Of a stretch of 45,774 bases of DNA, positions 7,843 to 17,187 are shown in pieces. The notes below the pieces were generated by a model. It saw only the letters and a program-made list of their open reading frames with translations, made no database searches and was not told where the DNA came from. The translations under genes were made by a program, and so were the position numbers. The DNA is from a virus (taxonomy: Duplodnaviria; Caudoviricetes). The stretch spans positions 1 to 45,774 of IMG/VR virus record IMGVR_UViG_3300002092_000070, one strand, 5' to 3'. Positions within the stretch are counted from its first letter, which is position 1. Every line of letters begins with the position of its first letter.

Positions 7843-9546
7843 ATGTCGATGCCCATACAGCGGCAAAGTGAGTCGTTCGGCATCTTCGACGACGGCCCAC
7901 GGTACGCCCGCGATAAGAGCAGCTACGATCTGCCCAAAGGTCTTGCGGCACTGATCAATACATCCGGGCCGCGTATTCATGCCGGGCTGCACAACACCCG
8001 CACCGCCAACGATGGTTGCGAATACTGCGGCAAGCCCGGACACGACTGGCAGGCCCACCCCGAAGCCCATCGCGATGTCGCAGATTGGGAGCGCGAGAAG
8101 GCCGGAATGGAGTTTCCGTTCGGTGATCACACCGAGAGCGGGTACCCGTCCGAGGACGACCACGACGGTTCGTACTGGCCGGGCAAGCAGGGTTCTCGGC
8201 TGGCGGTCAACACCGACGGCATGAATCCCGACAACCACGCCTACCACACCGAGCTTCCTGTCGACGGCCCCGGCCCTGGCCGGATATGGAACCCCGACTT
8301 CCGCGAGTACGAGCCGTCCGAACGGGACGAGCGCGACCAGGAGGGAGTGGCCGAAGACGACGAGTCGGGCTACAACTGGGGGCCGGAGCCTGAGCAGCAC
8401 TACGGTGCCCTGGCCGAGGACTTCAGCGGCGGCGACGAGGACGATCCGGATTGGATTCGCGCCAACGACCCCCGCCAGCAGGAGCACAACAAAAAGCGCG
8501 GCGAAGAGGTCGCTCATTCCAAAGAGCTTTTCGGGAGCCGCCTCCCTTTTGATCGCGCCGCCACCGCGCGGCGCATCGTGGGCGGGCACGACGACCTGCC
8601 GCCCCTGCCGAGCGACTTCCATATCCCCGACAGCCCTGAGGGCCAGCCAGACCGTAGCCCCGGCTGGCTGCACCGCCAGTTCGTCTCCCCTCACAAAGGG
8701 GTGTGGGACATCCCCGAGCACGAGCTGGATGATCGCTGGAACAAGGTCTACGACACCCTTGGCTTCAGCCCCAAGACACGCGAAGAGTGGGAAGCCGGTC
8801 GGCACACCGACAACCCGAGCGACAAGTGGGACGGTGGCCTGGACGGCACTTTCGGCGGTGGGGTCAAGGATTATCTGACCCGCGCCCCCATGTCGAAGGA
8901 CGAGTACGCACGGCACCGTGAGGACAGCCAGAATCGCGCTAAGGGCATTGCAGACGGGCTGTGGGGCGCAATGTACCCGCCCGAAGAAGAAGAGGGCCGT
9001 AAGGCCGTCCAGAACGTGGACACCGTCAATAAGCTGATGGACAACGGCTGGCAGCCCGAGCACATCAAGTACGACGAAGACGACCAGCCGTATGGCCACT
9101 ACCAGCACCCCTCGGGCTGGAGCGTCACCGATCACGGGGGCATGTACAAGGAAATCGGGCACGCCGCCACCCCTGGCGAGTCGCACGACGTGATCAACAC
9201 GAGCCACAACATCGACGGTCAGGATTATCACGAGCCGTTCGGCCCGGCAGATGCCCACAACTTCATCGAGAACCAGCTCCACGGTGACCCCGAGGAAACC
9301 GGCGGGACGTTCCAGTACCTGACCCAGAACGACCCCCGCATCAAGAGGTACAAGCCCCGGCAGGCCGCTGTTGAGATGCAGCCCTTGCTGGGTGGCGGCT
9401 ACCAGATCGGTCACCGGGTCAAACTTCCGTACCACGGCAAGCAGATACCCGGCACAGTGATCGGGTTGACCGGCCCGAATACCCAGATTCGTTGGGACGA
9501 TGGACAGTATTCCACCGAGGAGCCTCACAACATTCAGCTCCTCTAG
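7843..9546 (+). CDS. Acidic, D/E/H/W-rich modular protein (567 aa) with C-terminal SH3-like domain
   Basis: AGGAG RBS before ATG 7843; C-term YQIGHRVKL...GTVIG...QIRWDDG. Confidence 0.75.
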   Translation: MSMPIQRQSESFGIFDDGPRYARDKSSYDLPKGLAALINTSGPRIHAGLHNTRTANDGCEYCGKPGHDWQAHPEAHRDVADWEREKAGMEFPFGDHTESGYPSEDDHDGSYWPGKQGSRLAVNTDGMNPDNHAYHTELPVDGPGPGRIWNPDFREYEPSERDERDQEGVAEDDESGYNWGPEPEQHYGALAEDFSGGDEDDPDWIRANDPRQQEHNKKRGEEVAHSKELFGSRLPFDRAATARRIVGGHDDLPPLPSDFHIPDSPEGQPDRSPGWLHRQFVSPHKGVWDIPEHELDDRWNKVYDTLGFSPKTREEWEAGRHTDNPSDKWDGGLDGTFGGGVKDYLTRAPMSKDEYARHREDSQNRAKGIADGLWGAMYPPEEEEGRKAVQNVDTVNKLMDNGWQPEHIKYDEDDQPYGHYQHPSGWSVTDHGGMYKEIGHAATPGESHDVINTSHNIDGQDYHEPFGPADAHNFIENQLHGDPEETGGTFQYLTQNDPRIKRYKPRQAAVEMQPLLGGGYQIGHRVKLPYHGKQIPGTVIGLTGPNTQIRWDDGQYSTEEPHNIQLL

Positions 9547-9561
9547 TCGAGAAGGAAAGTC

Positions 9562-10125
9562 ATGACCCCTAGTGCAGAACCCCAAGTAGAAGACATCCCG
9601 GTCGACCCTGCGGTCGACCCCGACCTCGTGCCACCCACACCGCCCGGCCCCGACCGTTTTGTGGTCGAACCCGACCCCGAGCTTGAAGAGTCCGCGCCCG
9701 CACCCGAAGAGGTCAACGTCACCGTCCTGACCGACGACGAGCGGCGCGACTTCGCCTCGCTGATGACCTGTGGCCGTCGCTCCAAGACGATCACGGTCAT
9801 GGGCCACCCGGTGGTCATCCAGACGCTCACGACCGCCGACGAGATGCGGATCGGGCTGTTCACCAAGCAGTACCTGGAATCCCAGATGGGCTTCCAGCGG
9901 GCCTACCAGGTGGCCGTGTGCGCCGCCGGTGTCCGCGAGGTGCAGGGCCAGCCGCTGTTCTCCGCTTTGCGGGAGACCACCAGCGACGACGAGGTCTTCG
10001 ACAAGAAGGCCGAAGAGGTCAAGAAGTTCTATCCCATCGTGATCTCCCAGATTTACCAGGGGATCATGGACTTGGAGCGCGAGTTCGCGGAGCTGGCGAT
10101 CAAGCTGGGAAAACTTTCCGGCTAG
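9562..10125 (+). CDS. Tail assembly chaperone (short form)
   Basis: Before tape measure; slippery site near its 3' end. Confidence 0.85.
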   Translation: MTPSAEPQVEDIPVDPAVDPDLVPPTPPGPDRFVVEPDPELEESAPAPEEVNVTVLTDDERRDFASLMTCGRRSKTITVMGHPVVIQTLTTADEMRIGLFTKQYLESQMGFQRAYQVAVCAAGVREVQGQPLFSALRETTSDDEVFDKKAEEVKKFYPIVISQIYQGIMDLEREFAELAIKLGKLSG

Positions 10126-10490
10126 ATGTCATCTCCGAATCCGAGATACGTCTAGCCTTCCACCAGGGGCTGCTCAGCCAGCGCGACCTCAACGGCTTCC
10201 AGAAATGGGCCTTGCGGTATGTCATCGACATGAACCGGCGCATCCAGCTGCAGGACACCGAGGACATGCTCCAGCGGCAGACCTGGTATTTGGAGCCGGG
10301 ACGGTATCAAGACCTGTTTCTGGCCGGACACTTCGACAGAGAACCTCTGACCATTGCCGGGAGGGATGTAGAAGAAGTAGTAGACGATGTCGACGAGCTG
10401 GACGCTTACTTCGAAAACCTGGAAAAACGGCGTTCTATGACCGGGGCACAGGTGTTCGACTCGATGTCTGACGAGACAGGATGGATGTGA
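9562..10490 (+). CDS. Tail assembly chaperone, frameshifted long form
   Basis: Join of 9562..10113 with the -1 frame of ORF 9918..10490. Confidence 0.8.
10107..10113 (+). other. Programmed -1 ribosomal frameshift site G GGA AAA
   Basis: In-frame XXXYYYZ heptamer; the -1 frame is open to 10490 (…GKTFRLDVISE…). Confidence 0.88.
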
Positions 10491-10491
10491 C

Positions 10492-12804
10492 GTGACCAGT
10501 CCCGATAACGGAGGTTTCGACTACACCGACGACTCGGTTATCGCTCGGGTCTCGGTCGATGTCCCCGAATCGGCACTGTCCGACATCACCAAGCTGTCCG
10601 AGGCGATGGCCGCGATGCGCAACCAGCTCGCTGCGGTCGCCGATGCCCAGGAGAAGTGGCTCGGTTTCGTCGGCCAGATGCCCGACCTGATCGACGGCAC
10701 CAACGAGGCGATCCAGAAGCAGATCACCCTGCTGGAGCGGCAAAGCTATCTCCAGAGCGGGGGAACCTTCACCGGGGCCGCTGGGGCCTACGCAGGCGGT
10801 GGTGGCGGTGGAGGCCCGGCGGGCTACTCGACGGCGGCAGCCCCCGGATACGGTGGAGGCCCCTGGCAGGGCGGAACCCCCGGTATGGGGATCGGTGCCG
10901 CGACCGCGATGATGGGCGGCGGCATGAACCGCGCCGAGGTCAGCGAGCGCGCGGCCAGTATCGCCGAATCCAACCCCGGACTCGAAGCCAACATCGAGTC
11001 GGCTCGCGGCGACGGCGGTGCGGTCAACCCGGCATTGGCGGCGGCGGCTGGTGCGGGTGCCACGGCGGTGGCTCGCAAATTTGGTTTAGGCAAAAAGGAC
11101 ATCGGCAACGCCAGCCCCCAAAAAACAGGCGGCGACCGCAACAGCTCCGCGCCCCCCGGCAAAGATGGTGCGCCGATCACCTCCCCCGACCAGAATACGC
11201 CCGGCGATCCGAACGTCAACGAGACCGACGATGTCAAACGGGAAAATCTCATCACCCAGGTGCTCAACGAGTTCAAGGGCGGTAAAGATGGCCGGGCCAT
11301 GAGGATCGGGGGTCTTCTTCTCAGCGCGGCGGGTCGTCAAGTTTTCAACAGGGGAAACGGTGCCGGTGGCCCGGCAGACCCCAATGACGCGGCGGCGGGC
11401 AGCGGCGGCGGCACCAGCAGCGGTCTTCTCGGTGGCCTTGGTTCGATGGCCAGCAGCATCATCAAAAGTCCGGCGGGCATGGCCGCTGGCGGGCTGGGAT
11501 TAGGTGCCCTGGCCTTCAATAAGGTTCAGGACATCGGCGAGCGGGTCACCGATTTCCAGCAGCTCGGCTCGGTGCAGGGCGGCGACTACATGACCGGCAT
11601 GAAGTACGAGGCCCAGGCCCGGATGATGGCCCTCAACCCGTTCATCACCACCCAGCAGGCCCGCCAGGCCATGCAGATGGCCCTCAAGGAAGGTTTCCGG
11701 GGCGACAACTACGACACCGTCAACGACTTCATGATCTCCAACTTCAAGGAGCTGGGCATCTCGATGGGCCAGTCGATGGAATTGATGAAATCTCAGGTCA
11801 AGGGGATGGGCGAGAACGACTCCGAAAAGGGAGTACGCAAGGGCCTCGATCAGACCCTGAACACTATGAAAGAGATGTCCAAAGAGGGCGGGCTATCGCT
11901 GCCCGAACGGGTCAACCAGATGCAGCAGATGAGTTCGGAGCTGTCCGCCCAAGGGTTTGGCCCCGAGGCCATCAATCGTGCGGTGCTGGGCACCCAGGAG
12001 GGCCTGGGCGACTCGATGGCGTTACGCGAGAGCGCGGGCCGGATCACCACCCAGACCACCGGCTCCAGCATGCTGATGACGCTGGCCGCACAAAAAGCGG
12101 GGGTGACCGGCATGCTGCCCAACGCCCTGCCCGCCGCCCTGGAGCGTGCTGGCCTCGACCCCGACGAAATCCGCGACATGGCGGCATCGCAGATCGCCGG
12201 ATATGTTTCCGGGTACCCCGACCCCCTGAACCGGATCGCCGGTTTCCAAATGTTGATGGGCCAGTACGGGGTGGAGCTGACCTTCCCCGAGGCCGAAGCC
12301 CTTTACAACAAGGTTTCTGGTGGCAAGGCGTTGCCGTCCCAGCAGGCCAACAACAAGGTCGCCCGGCAAGGCAAGACCGAAACCGGCGGATCGTTTGCGG
12401 GTCGGGGCGGTGGTCGAACCTCGTCGAGTGCAGCCGATTCCGACTGGACGAAGAACCACCCCAGCTACAGCCCGTCCGAGAACGCCGCCGGGGTGTCGGA
12501 AAACTTTGATGCGGCGGGACGCGGCGGCTCCAACTTCGCCGGAACTGGCCGTCCCCCGGTTCCACCGCCGTCGTCCCCGCAGCCGGGAACGGTCATCAAC
12601 AGCAGCGGCATGGTCACCGGCAATGTCACGATCACCGTCGACAAAAACGGCAATGTCACCGCCCCGGCGACCATCCAGCTGACCGGCACCCAGAAGTCGT
12701 CGTATGCCGGTTACGGCTCAAGCCAGTTGAACAACGCTCCCCCCGGCGACCCCAGCTACAACCACTCGTGGAACTCGTTCCCGGCACCCGGAGGCGGCGG
12801 ATAA
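10492..12804 (+). CDS. Tape measure protein (770 aa)
   Basis: Follows the frameshifted chaperones; Ala/Gly/Met-rich helical composition. Confidence 0.75.
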   Translation: MTSPDNGGFDYTDDSVIARVSVDVPESALSDITKLSEAMAAMRNQLAAVADAQEKWLGFVGQMPDLIDGTNEAIQKQITLLERQSYLQSGGTFTGAAGAYAGGGGGGGPAGYSTAAAPGYGGGPWQGGTPGMGIGAATAMMGGGMNRAEVSERAASIAESNPGLEANIESARGDGGAVNPALAAAAGAGATAVARKFGLGKKDIGNASPQKTGGDRNSSAPPGKDGAPITSPDQNTPGDPNVNETDDVKRENLITQVLNEFKGGKDGRAMRIGGLLLSAAGRQVFNRGNGAGGPADPNDAAAGSGGGTSSGLLGGLGSMASSIIKSPAGMAAGGLGLGALAFNKVQDIGERVTDFQQLGSVQGGDYMTGMKYEAQARMMALNPFITTQQARQAMQMALKEGFRGDNYDTVNDFMISNFKELGISMGQSMELMKSQVKGMGENDSEKGVRKGLDQTLNTMKEMSKEGGLSLPERVNQMQQMSSELSAQGFGPEAINRAVLGTQEGLGDSMALRESAGRITTQTTGSSMLMTLAAQKAGVTGMLPNALPAALERAGLDPDEIRDMAASQIAGYVSGYPDPLNRIAGFQMLMGQYGVELTFPEAEALYNKVSGGKALPSQQANNKVARQGKTETGGSFAGRGGGRTSSSAADSDWTKNHPSYSPSENAAGVSENFDAAGRGGSNFAGTGRPPVPPPSSPQPGTVINSSGMVTGNVTITVDKNGNVTAPATIQLTGTQKSSYAGYGSSQLNNAPPGDPSYNHSWNSFPAPGGGG

Positions 12805-13511
12805 TGGCATTTGCTAAGTATGAATTCCCACAGGTGTCGTCGCCGCTCACGACCGACGAGCGCGGGATCGCGACGATCTCGCATCCGGAGGTGGGTAGCT
12901 TCCGGTTCCGTTCCAACCCCAAAGAGTTCAACTGGAACTACACCCTGACCAAGAGGGTCGACCAGACCTACGGTGGCCGGGTCATTCAGCTTTTGGGCAC
13001 CCGGATCGACGACTTCACCTTCAAGGCCGACTGCGGTGCCGGTCGGTGGGAGTACATGAACCGGGTCGCGAAGTTCATGCGCGACATCATGATCCGTCAG
13101 CGTGGCGGCAAACCGGCCACTTTTGAGTACACCACACGCGGCTGGAAGTTCAACGCCTTTGTGGTCGCGGTGCCCTTCGCCGACGCTGTCGAGGAGGTGC
13201 TCCGCGAGTTCGACGTGTCGCTGAAGGTGCAGGAAGACGTTTCCGGTGTCATGAGTAAAAACACCCTCGGTGCCGAGCTTCGCCGCCTGCAGGACGGCAT
13301 CGGCTTCCGCCGGTCGAAGTACAACGACCCCGTCATCAACAACCACCCGGACGGCATTTTCGGCATCGACATGGGGCCGATCACCGACCCGGTCGGCAAG
13401 CAGTACAACGCCATCACCCAGAACAATTTCCTGCCCAACGGTGTCGTCGCCAACCCGGTCGGCCAGGCCGTCGGCCTGGTGAACAGTCTTATCGGACAGA
13501 ACGGAGGCTGA
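12804..13511 (+). CDS. Tail tube initiator/baseplate protein (probable)
   Basis: TAATG overlap; 'FRFRSNPKEFNWNY...QTYGGRVIQ' typical of post-TMP myovirus proteins. Confidence 0.6.
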   Translation: MAFAKYEFPQVSSPLTTDERGIATISHPEVGSFRFRSNPKEFNWNYTLTKRVDQTYGGRVIQLLGTRIDDFTFKADCGAGRWEYMNRVAKFMRDIMIRQRGGKPATFEYTTRGWKFNAFVVAVPFADAVEEVLREFDVSLKVQEDVSGVMSKNTLGAELRRLQDGIGFRRSKYNDPVINNHPDGIFGIDMGPITDPVGKQYNAITQNNFLPNGVVANPVGQAVGLVNSLIGQNGG

Positions 13512-13513
13512 CA

Positions 13514-13687
13514 GTGGCCGATTTTGTGAGCAACTGCCCGGTGTCGGGGCCGCGCAACGTGGGCTGGAAGCTGGCCTGGGATATCGGTGGGATGGGTTGG
13601 AGCTACGAGTGGGGCATGTTCTATGCCGTCTCCGGTCAAGACGATACGGTCGGCTTGCGCCCGCCGGATCAGCGGTCGGGGGCCTGA
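13514..13687 (+). CDS. Small Trp-rich baseplate-region protein (57 aa; absent from ORF track)
   Basis: GGAGG RBS, GTG start, fills the gap exactly: MADFVSNCPVSGPRNVGWKLAWDIGGMGWSYEWGMFY…. Confidence 0.65.
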   Translation: MADFVSNCPVSGPRNVGWKLAWDIGGMGWSYEWGMFYAVSGQDDTVGLRPPDQRSGA

Positions 13688-13690
13688 CCG

Positions 13691-14326
13691 GTGTCTAAGC
13701 TCATCATCAAGGGGCACAGCGGCTACCGGTTTGAGCTGAACATCGTCCAGTTCCGTTCCCCGATGTCCGCGTCGATCAGTTCGGCCCAGACCCGAACCAT
13801 GATGCACCACTTCCCGATCCGGGCCGGGCAGCCCGACATCCAGTTCACGGCCCAGTTCAAGTCGATCTCCGACAAGCACGACTTCCAGAATTTCGTCCGC
13901 GACCACCAGCGCAACGCGCTCAACGACAAATACGCCTCGGATCAGGTCAGCGGAGGAAAGATCACCCTGCTGTGGCCCGAGCGGGACATCGTCAACTGGA
14001 CGGGGTACATCGTCTCGATGCCGATCCGCGAGGCCCGTTTCGATTACGCCCCGAAGGTGACCTTCGGTGTCGCGCTGATGGATTCGATGATGAGCGAGAG
14101 GACGTTTAACGCCAGCCTGGGGAACAGCTTCTGGAGCGTGGTGGGTCAGGAGATCGCGGCCTACATCCCCGACCCCGCCAGTGTGGAAAGCTCCTTCCAG
14201 CTGCCCACCGGCCCCTCGTCGGCAATCGGCGGTGCCGTGAACGCGGCTGGCCAGGCCGTCAACAGCGTCGTCTATCCCAACCCGACGACCGCCGCGACCC
14301 AGATCAGTCCGGGGCTGCCGCAATGA
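13691..14326 (+). CDS. Minor tail/baseplate protein (211 aa)
   Basis: Position and tight packing in operon. Confidence 0.65.
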   Translation: MSKLIIKGHSGYRFELNIVQFRSPMSASISSAQTRTMMHHFPIRAGQPDIQFTAQFKSISDKHDFQNFVRDHQRNALNDKYASDQVSGGKITLLWPERDIVNWTGYIVSMPIREARFDYAPKVTFGVALMDSMMSERTFNASLGNSFWSVVGQEIAAYIPDPASVESSFQLPTGPSSAIGGAVNAAGQAVNSVVYPNPTTAATQISPGLPQ

Positions 14327-17187
14327 CCTCACCCAACGCCAACACGAGCACCTCGATCAACGGCATCCCGTCACCGTCGAAGGCCCAGGCCGAGGCAAAT
14401 GTCCTCACCAACATCGACCCGACCAGCCCACCGGCGATGAAGACCTTGGTCTACTCCCCGGATGTCCGCATCTTCATCGCGCGGGGAAGCAAGCAGTACG
14501 ACGTGTCCGCCGACGTGGTCGCCTGGTCGATCCGGAGAGTCGAAAACCAGGTCTCTTCGGCGGTGTTCCGTTTGTCGAACAAATCCACCGATGCCTCGGG
14601 CAAGAAGCTGCGCTACAACCAGCTCTTCGAGCGGATGGATCGGGTGGTCATCTGGCTCAAGCGGGTCGAGTGGGTGCAGGTGTTCTCGGGCTACCTCGAC
14701 AGCGTCCCCCACGTCCAGCTCTACCCCGGCACGGTCAGCTTTCGGGCCTCGTGCACGTTAAAGCGTCTCATGCACACCTGGTGGGACGCGGGCCTTCCGG
14801 CATCGCAGGCGATCTTCAACCAGGCTGGCGAGGCCCAGAAAGAGGAGGCCAACGGCGAGGCATCGGTCGACATGGGCCTGGGTTCGCTGCTGCGCCGTCT
14901 GCTGGTTCTGGTCGGGAACTGGGAGGCGAAGAACATCCATATCCAACGGTTCCCGCTCGGTTTCTTCCAGTTCATGAAACAGCAGCTCGAACGGATGACC
15001 CCCGGCGACAATGCCAATGTCCGCAGCTTCGAGCAGCTGCTCCTGGGCGAAGGAGACATCAGCCTCGGTGTCGGACGCGCGGCCAGTATGCAGCAGGGCG
15101 TGACGATGGGCGGCTACGCGCTGACTCAGCCGGAACGGATGATGGAAGTCATCCAGGCGGTCGACGACATGGGTATGGGGGTCGACACGGCCACGGTCGC
15201 CGCCGCCCAGGGCGTGGGAACCGCCGCGACCGGCGGTAAAGACCAGAAAGACCAGGCGGGCTGGAACGCCTTTGTGGAATTGGGCAAAAACTGGCAGGAC
15301 GCGGCACTCAAAAACGATGCCGCCGTCCACTGCTTCATGGTGATCGCCGCCGAATCGAACTGGCACATGTACGCCAACAACGCCGTCCCCGAGTCGCTCG
15401 GCTACGTCTACGACCCCGGCTTCATCTCCAAAGACGGTTCGTCGGTCGGCCTCTACCAGCAGCAGAACTTCGGCGAGTGGGGAACCATCGCCCAGCGGAT
15501 GAACACCAAGGCCTCGACCCAGATGTTTCTCCAGCACCTGCAACGCTACGACTGGCGCAACATGGATCGCGCCGCCGCCTGCCAGGCGGTGCAGCGGTCA
15601 AAGTACAGCGATGGCTCCAACTATAAAACGCACGAGGCCACAGCCATCGAGGCCGTCCGGGCGATGCGCTCCGGAACCGGCACCGGCGCGGGCGCAGCCG
15701 GTCAGGCCAACGACAATCCCCTCAACGCCGTCGGGCCGGGTGCCACGGTGGTTGGCTCTGTCACCACCCCGGCCATCCCCGGCACCCTGTCAAACCCGAC
15801 CACGGCCATTCCCACCAACAACGGCACCCCCGGACTGTCGGCGACCGGGTCGGCGGTCGGCAAGCCGGTCTACGACACCGGTGGCGCGCTCACCTGCGCC
15901 CTGCAGCAGGTCGGGAAACCCTACGTGTGGGGAGCCAAGGGGCCGGAAAGTTTCGATTGCTCGGGGCTGGTGCAGTTCTCGTACCGCTCTATTGGCTTAG
16001 AGGTCGGTGAGGGAACCTACCAGCAGGCTGCCAGCCTGGAGCGCATTCCGGCCTCCAATCTCCAACCCGGCGACATCATCCAGCCGACCACCGACCACAC
16101 CGGGATGTATGTCAGCCCCGGCATGTGGATCGCCGCCCCCCAGACCGGCGACGTGGTCAGGGTGCAGCCAATCTACTTTCCGCTGGAGACCGCCACCTGC
16201 TTCCGCGCCCCCGGAGCCTCCTACGGTGGCACCGTTCCGGCCCCCTACGACATCGCCCGCGCGATGTCGGCATCCAATGCCACCGTCGGTACCGTCACCG
16301 GCGGACTCAATGGTGTCACGGCGACCGGCCACACCGAACCGATTGCCCGCAACCTTTTCACCTACCAGTTCATGCCTGGGCAGTTCTCGCCGAATGTGTC
16401 GGTCATGCTCGGTGGCCAGCCCGGCGGCGAAGAGAAGGCGTTCATCAACGACGAACCGCTTTTCCAAACCGTGGTCTCTTTCGCCCAGGCCGGGCTGCGC
16501 AATTTCCAGTCCGCGCCGAATGGGGATTTCATCGCCTACTACCCCGACTATTTCGGACTCGACGGCAAGGACGCGGTATTCACCCTCGAAGACATCGAGA
16601 TGAAAAACGTCCAGATCGACCTCAATGACGACGCGATGACGACCCACGTCTACATCGCCGGTTCACAGGGGATGAATGCCAGCAATTCTGGAATCCTGGG
16701 CTGGCTCAATTCCAAGGGTGTCGCGACCGTCGAGAACGAGTGGCTTTTCCGGAGAATGACCGCCGCCGCGCCGCATGTGCCCGGCGAGCTGCTCCAATCG
16801 GGTGCGGAGATCATGAAGAAGTTCGGTGTCCGGCCATTGAGCCGCACCATGACCTCCATTATCGGGGGGCCGATGGAGTTCCTGATGGCGGTGCAGCTTT
16901 TTATGCAGAAATGGGCCGAACAGTATTCGACGGTCATCGAGACGACATTCCTGCCAGAAGTTTTCCCCGGAATGCGTGTCCATCTCGCCCAGCACAATCT
17001 TCAAGTGTATGTTTCTGAGGTAACGCATTCCGGTGATTTCGAGAATGGATTCACGACCACCATGACGATCATGGCCCCATCCAATCCGAATATCAAGAAC
17101 CTGGCGGTGTCGATCTTCAACGCGACCGCCCAGGAGGTTTCGTCTCGCCAAGACCTGCTCCGTAACGCCAGCGAGGTGCCCGGATAA
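14323..17187 (+). CDS. Baseplate hub protein with lytic-transglycosylase-like and NlpC/P60 peptidase domains
   Basis: GKPYVWGAKGPESFDCSGLV…HTGMY (NlpC/P60); IAAES…SVGLYQQ (lysozyme-like); hub-like N- and C-termini. Confidence 0.85.
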   Translation: MTSPNANTSTSINGIPSPSKAQAEANVLTNIDPTSPPAMKTLVYSPDVRIFIARGSKQYDVSADVVAWSIRRVENQVSSAVFRLSNKSTDASGKKLRYNQLFERMDRVVIWLKRVEWVQVFSGYLDSVPHVQLYPGTVSFRASCTLKRLMHTWWDAGLPASQAIFNQAGEAQKEEANGEASVDMGLGSLLRRLLVLVGNWEAKNIHIQRFPLGFFQFMKQQLERMTPGDNANVRSFEQLLLGEGDISLGVGRAASMQQGVTMGGYALTQPERMMEVIQAVDDMGMGVDTATVAAAQGVGTAATGGKDQKDQAGWNAFVELGKNWQDAALKNDAAVHCFMVIAAESNWHMYANNAVPESLGYVYDPGFISKDGSSVGLYQQQNFGEWGTIAQRMNTKASTQMFLQHLQRYDWRNMDRAAACQAVQRSKYSDGSNYKTHEATAIEAVRAMRSGTGTGAGAAGQANDNPLNAVGPGATVVGSVTTPAIPGTLSNPTTAIPTNNGTPGLSATGSAVGKPVYDTGGALTCALQQVGKPYVWGAKGPESFDCSGLVQFSYRSIGLEVGEGTYQQAASLERIPASNLQPGDIIQPTTDHTGMYVSPGMWIAAPQTGDVVRVQPIYFPLETATCFRAPGASYGGTVPAPYDIARAMSASNATVGTVTGGLNGVTATGHTEPIARNLFTYQFMPGQFSPNVSVMLGGQPGGEEKAFINDEPLFQTVVSFAQAGLRNFQSAPNGDFIAYYPDYFGLDGKDAVFTLEDIEMKNVQIDLNDDAMTTHVYIAGSQGMNASNSGILGWLNSKGVATVENEWLFRRMTAAAPHVPGELLQSGAEIMKKFGVRPLSRTMTSIIGGPMEFLMAVQLFMQKWAEQYSTVIETTFLPEVFPGMRVHLAQHNLQVYVSEVTHSGDFENGFTTTMTIMAPSNPNIKNLAVSIFNATAQEVSSRQDLLRNASEVPG

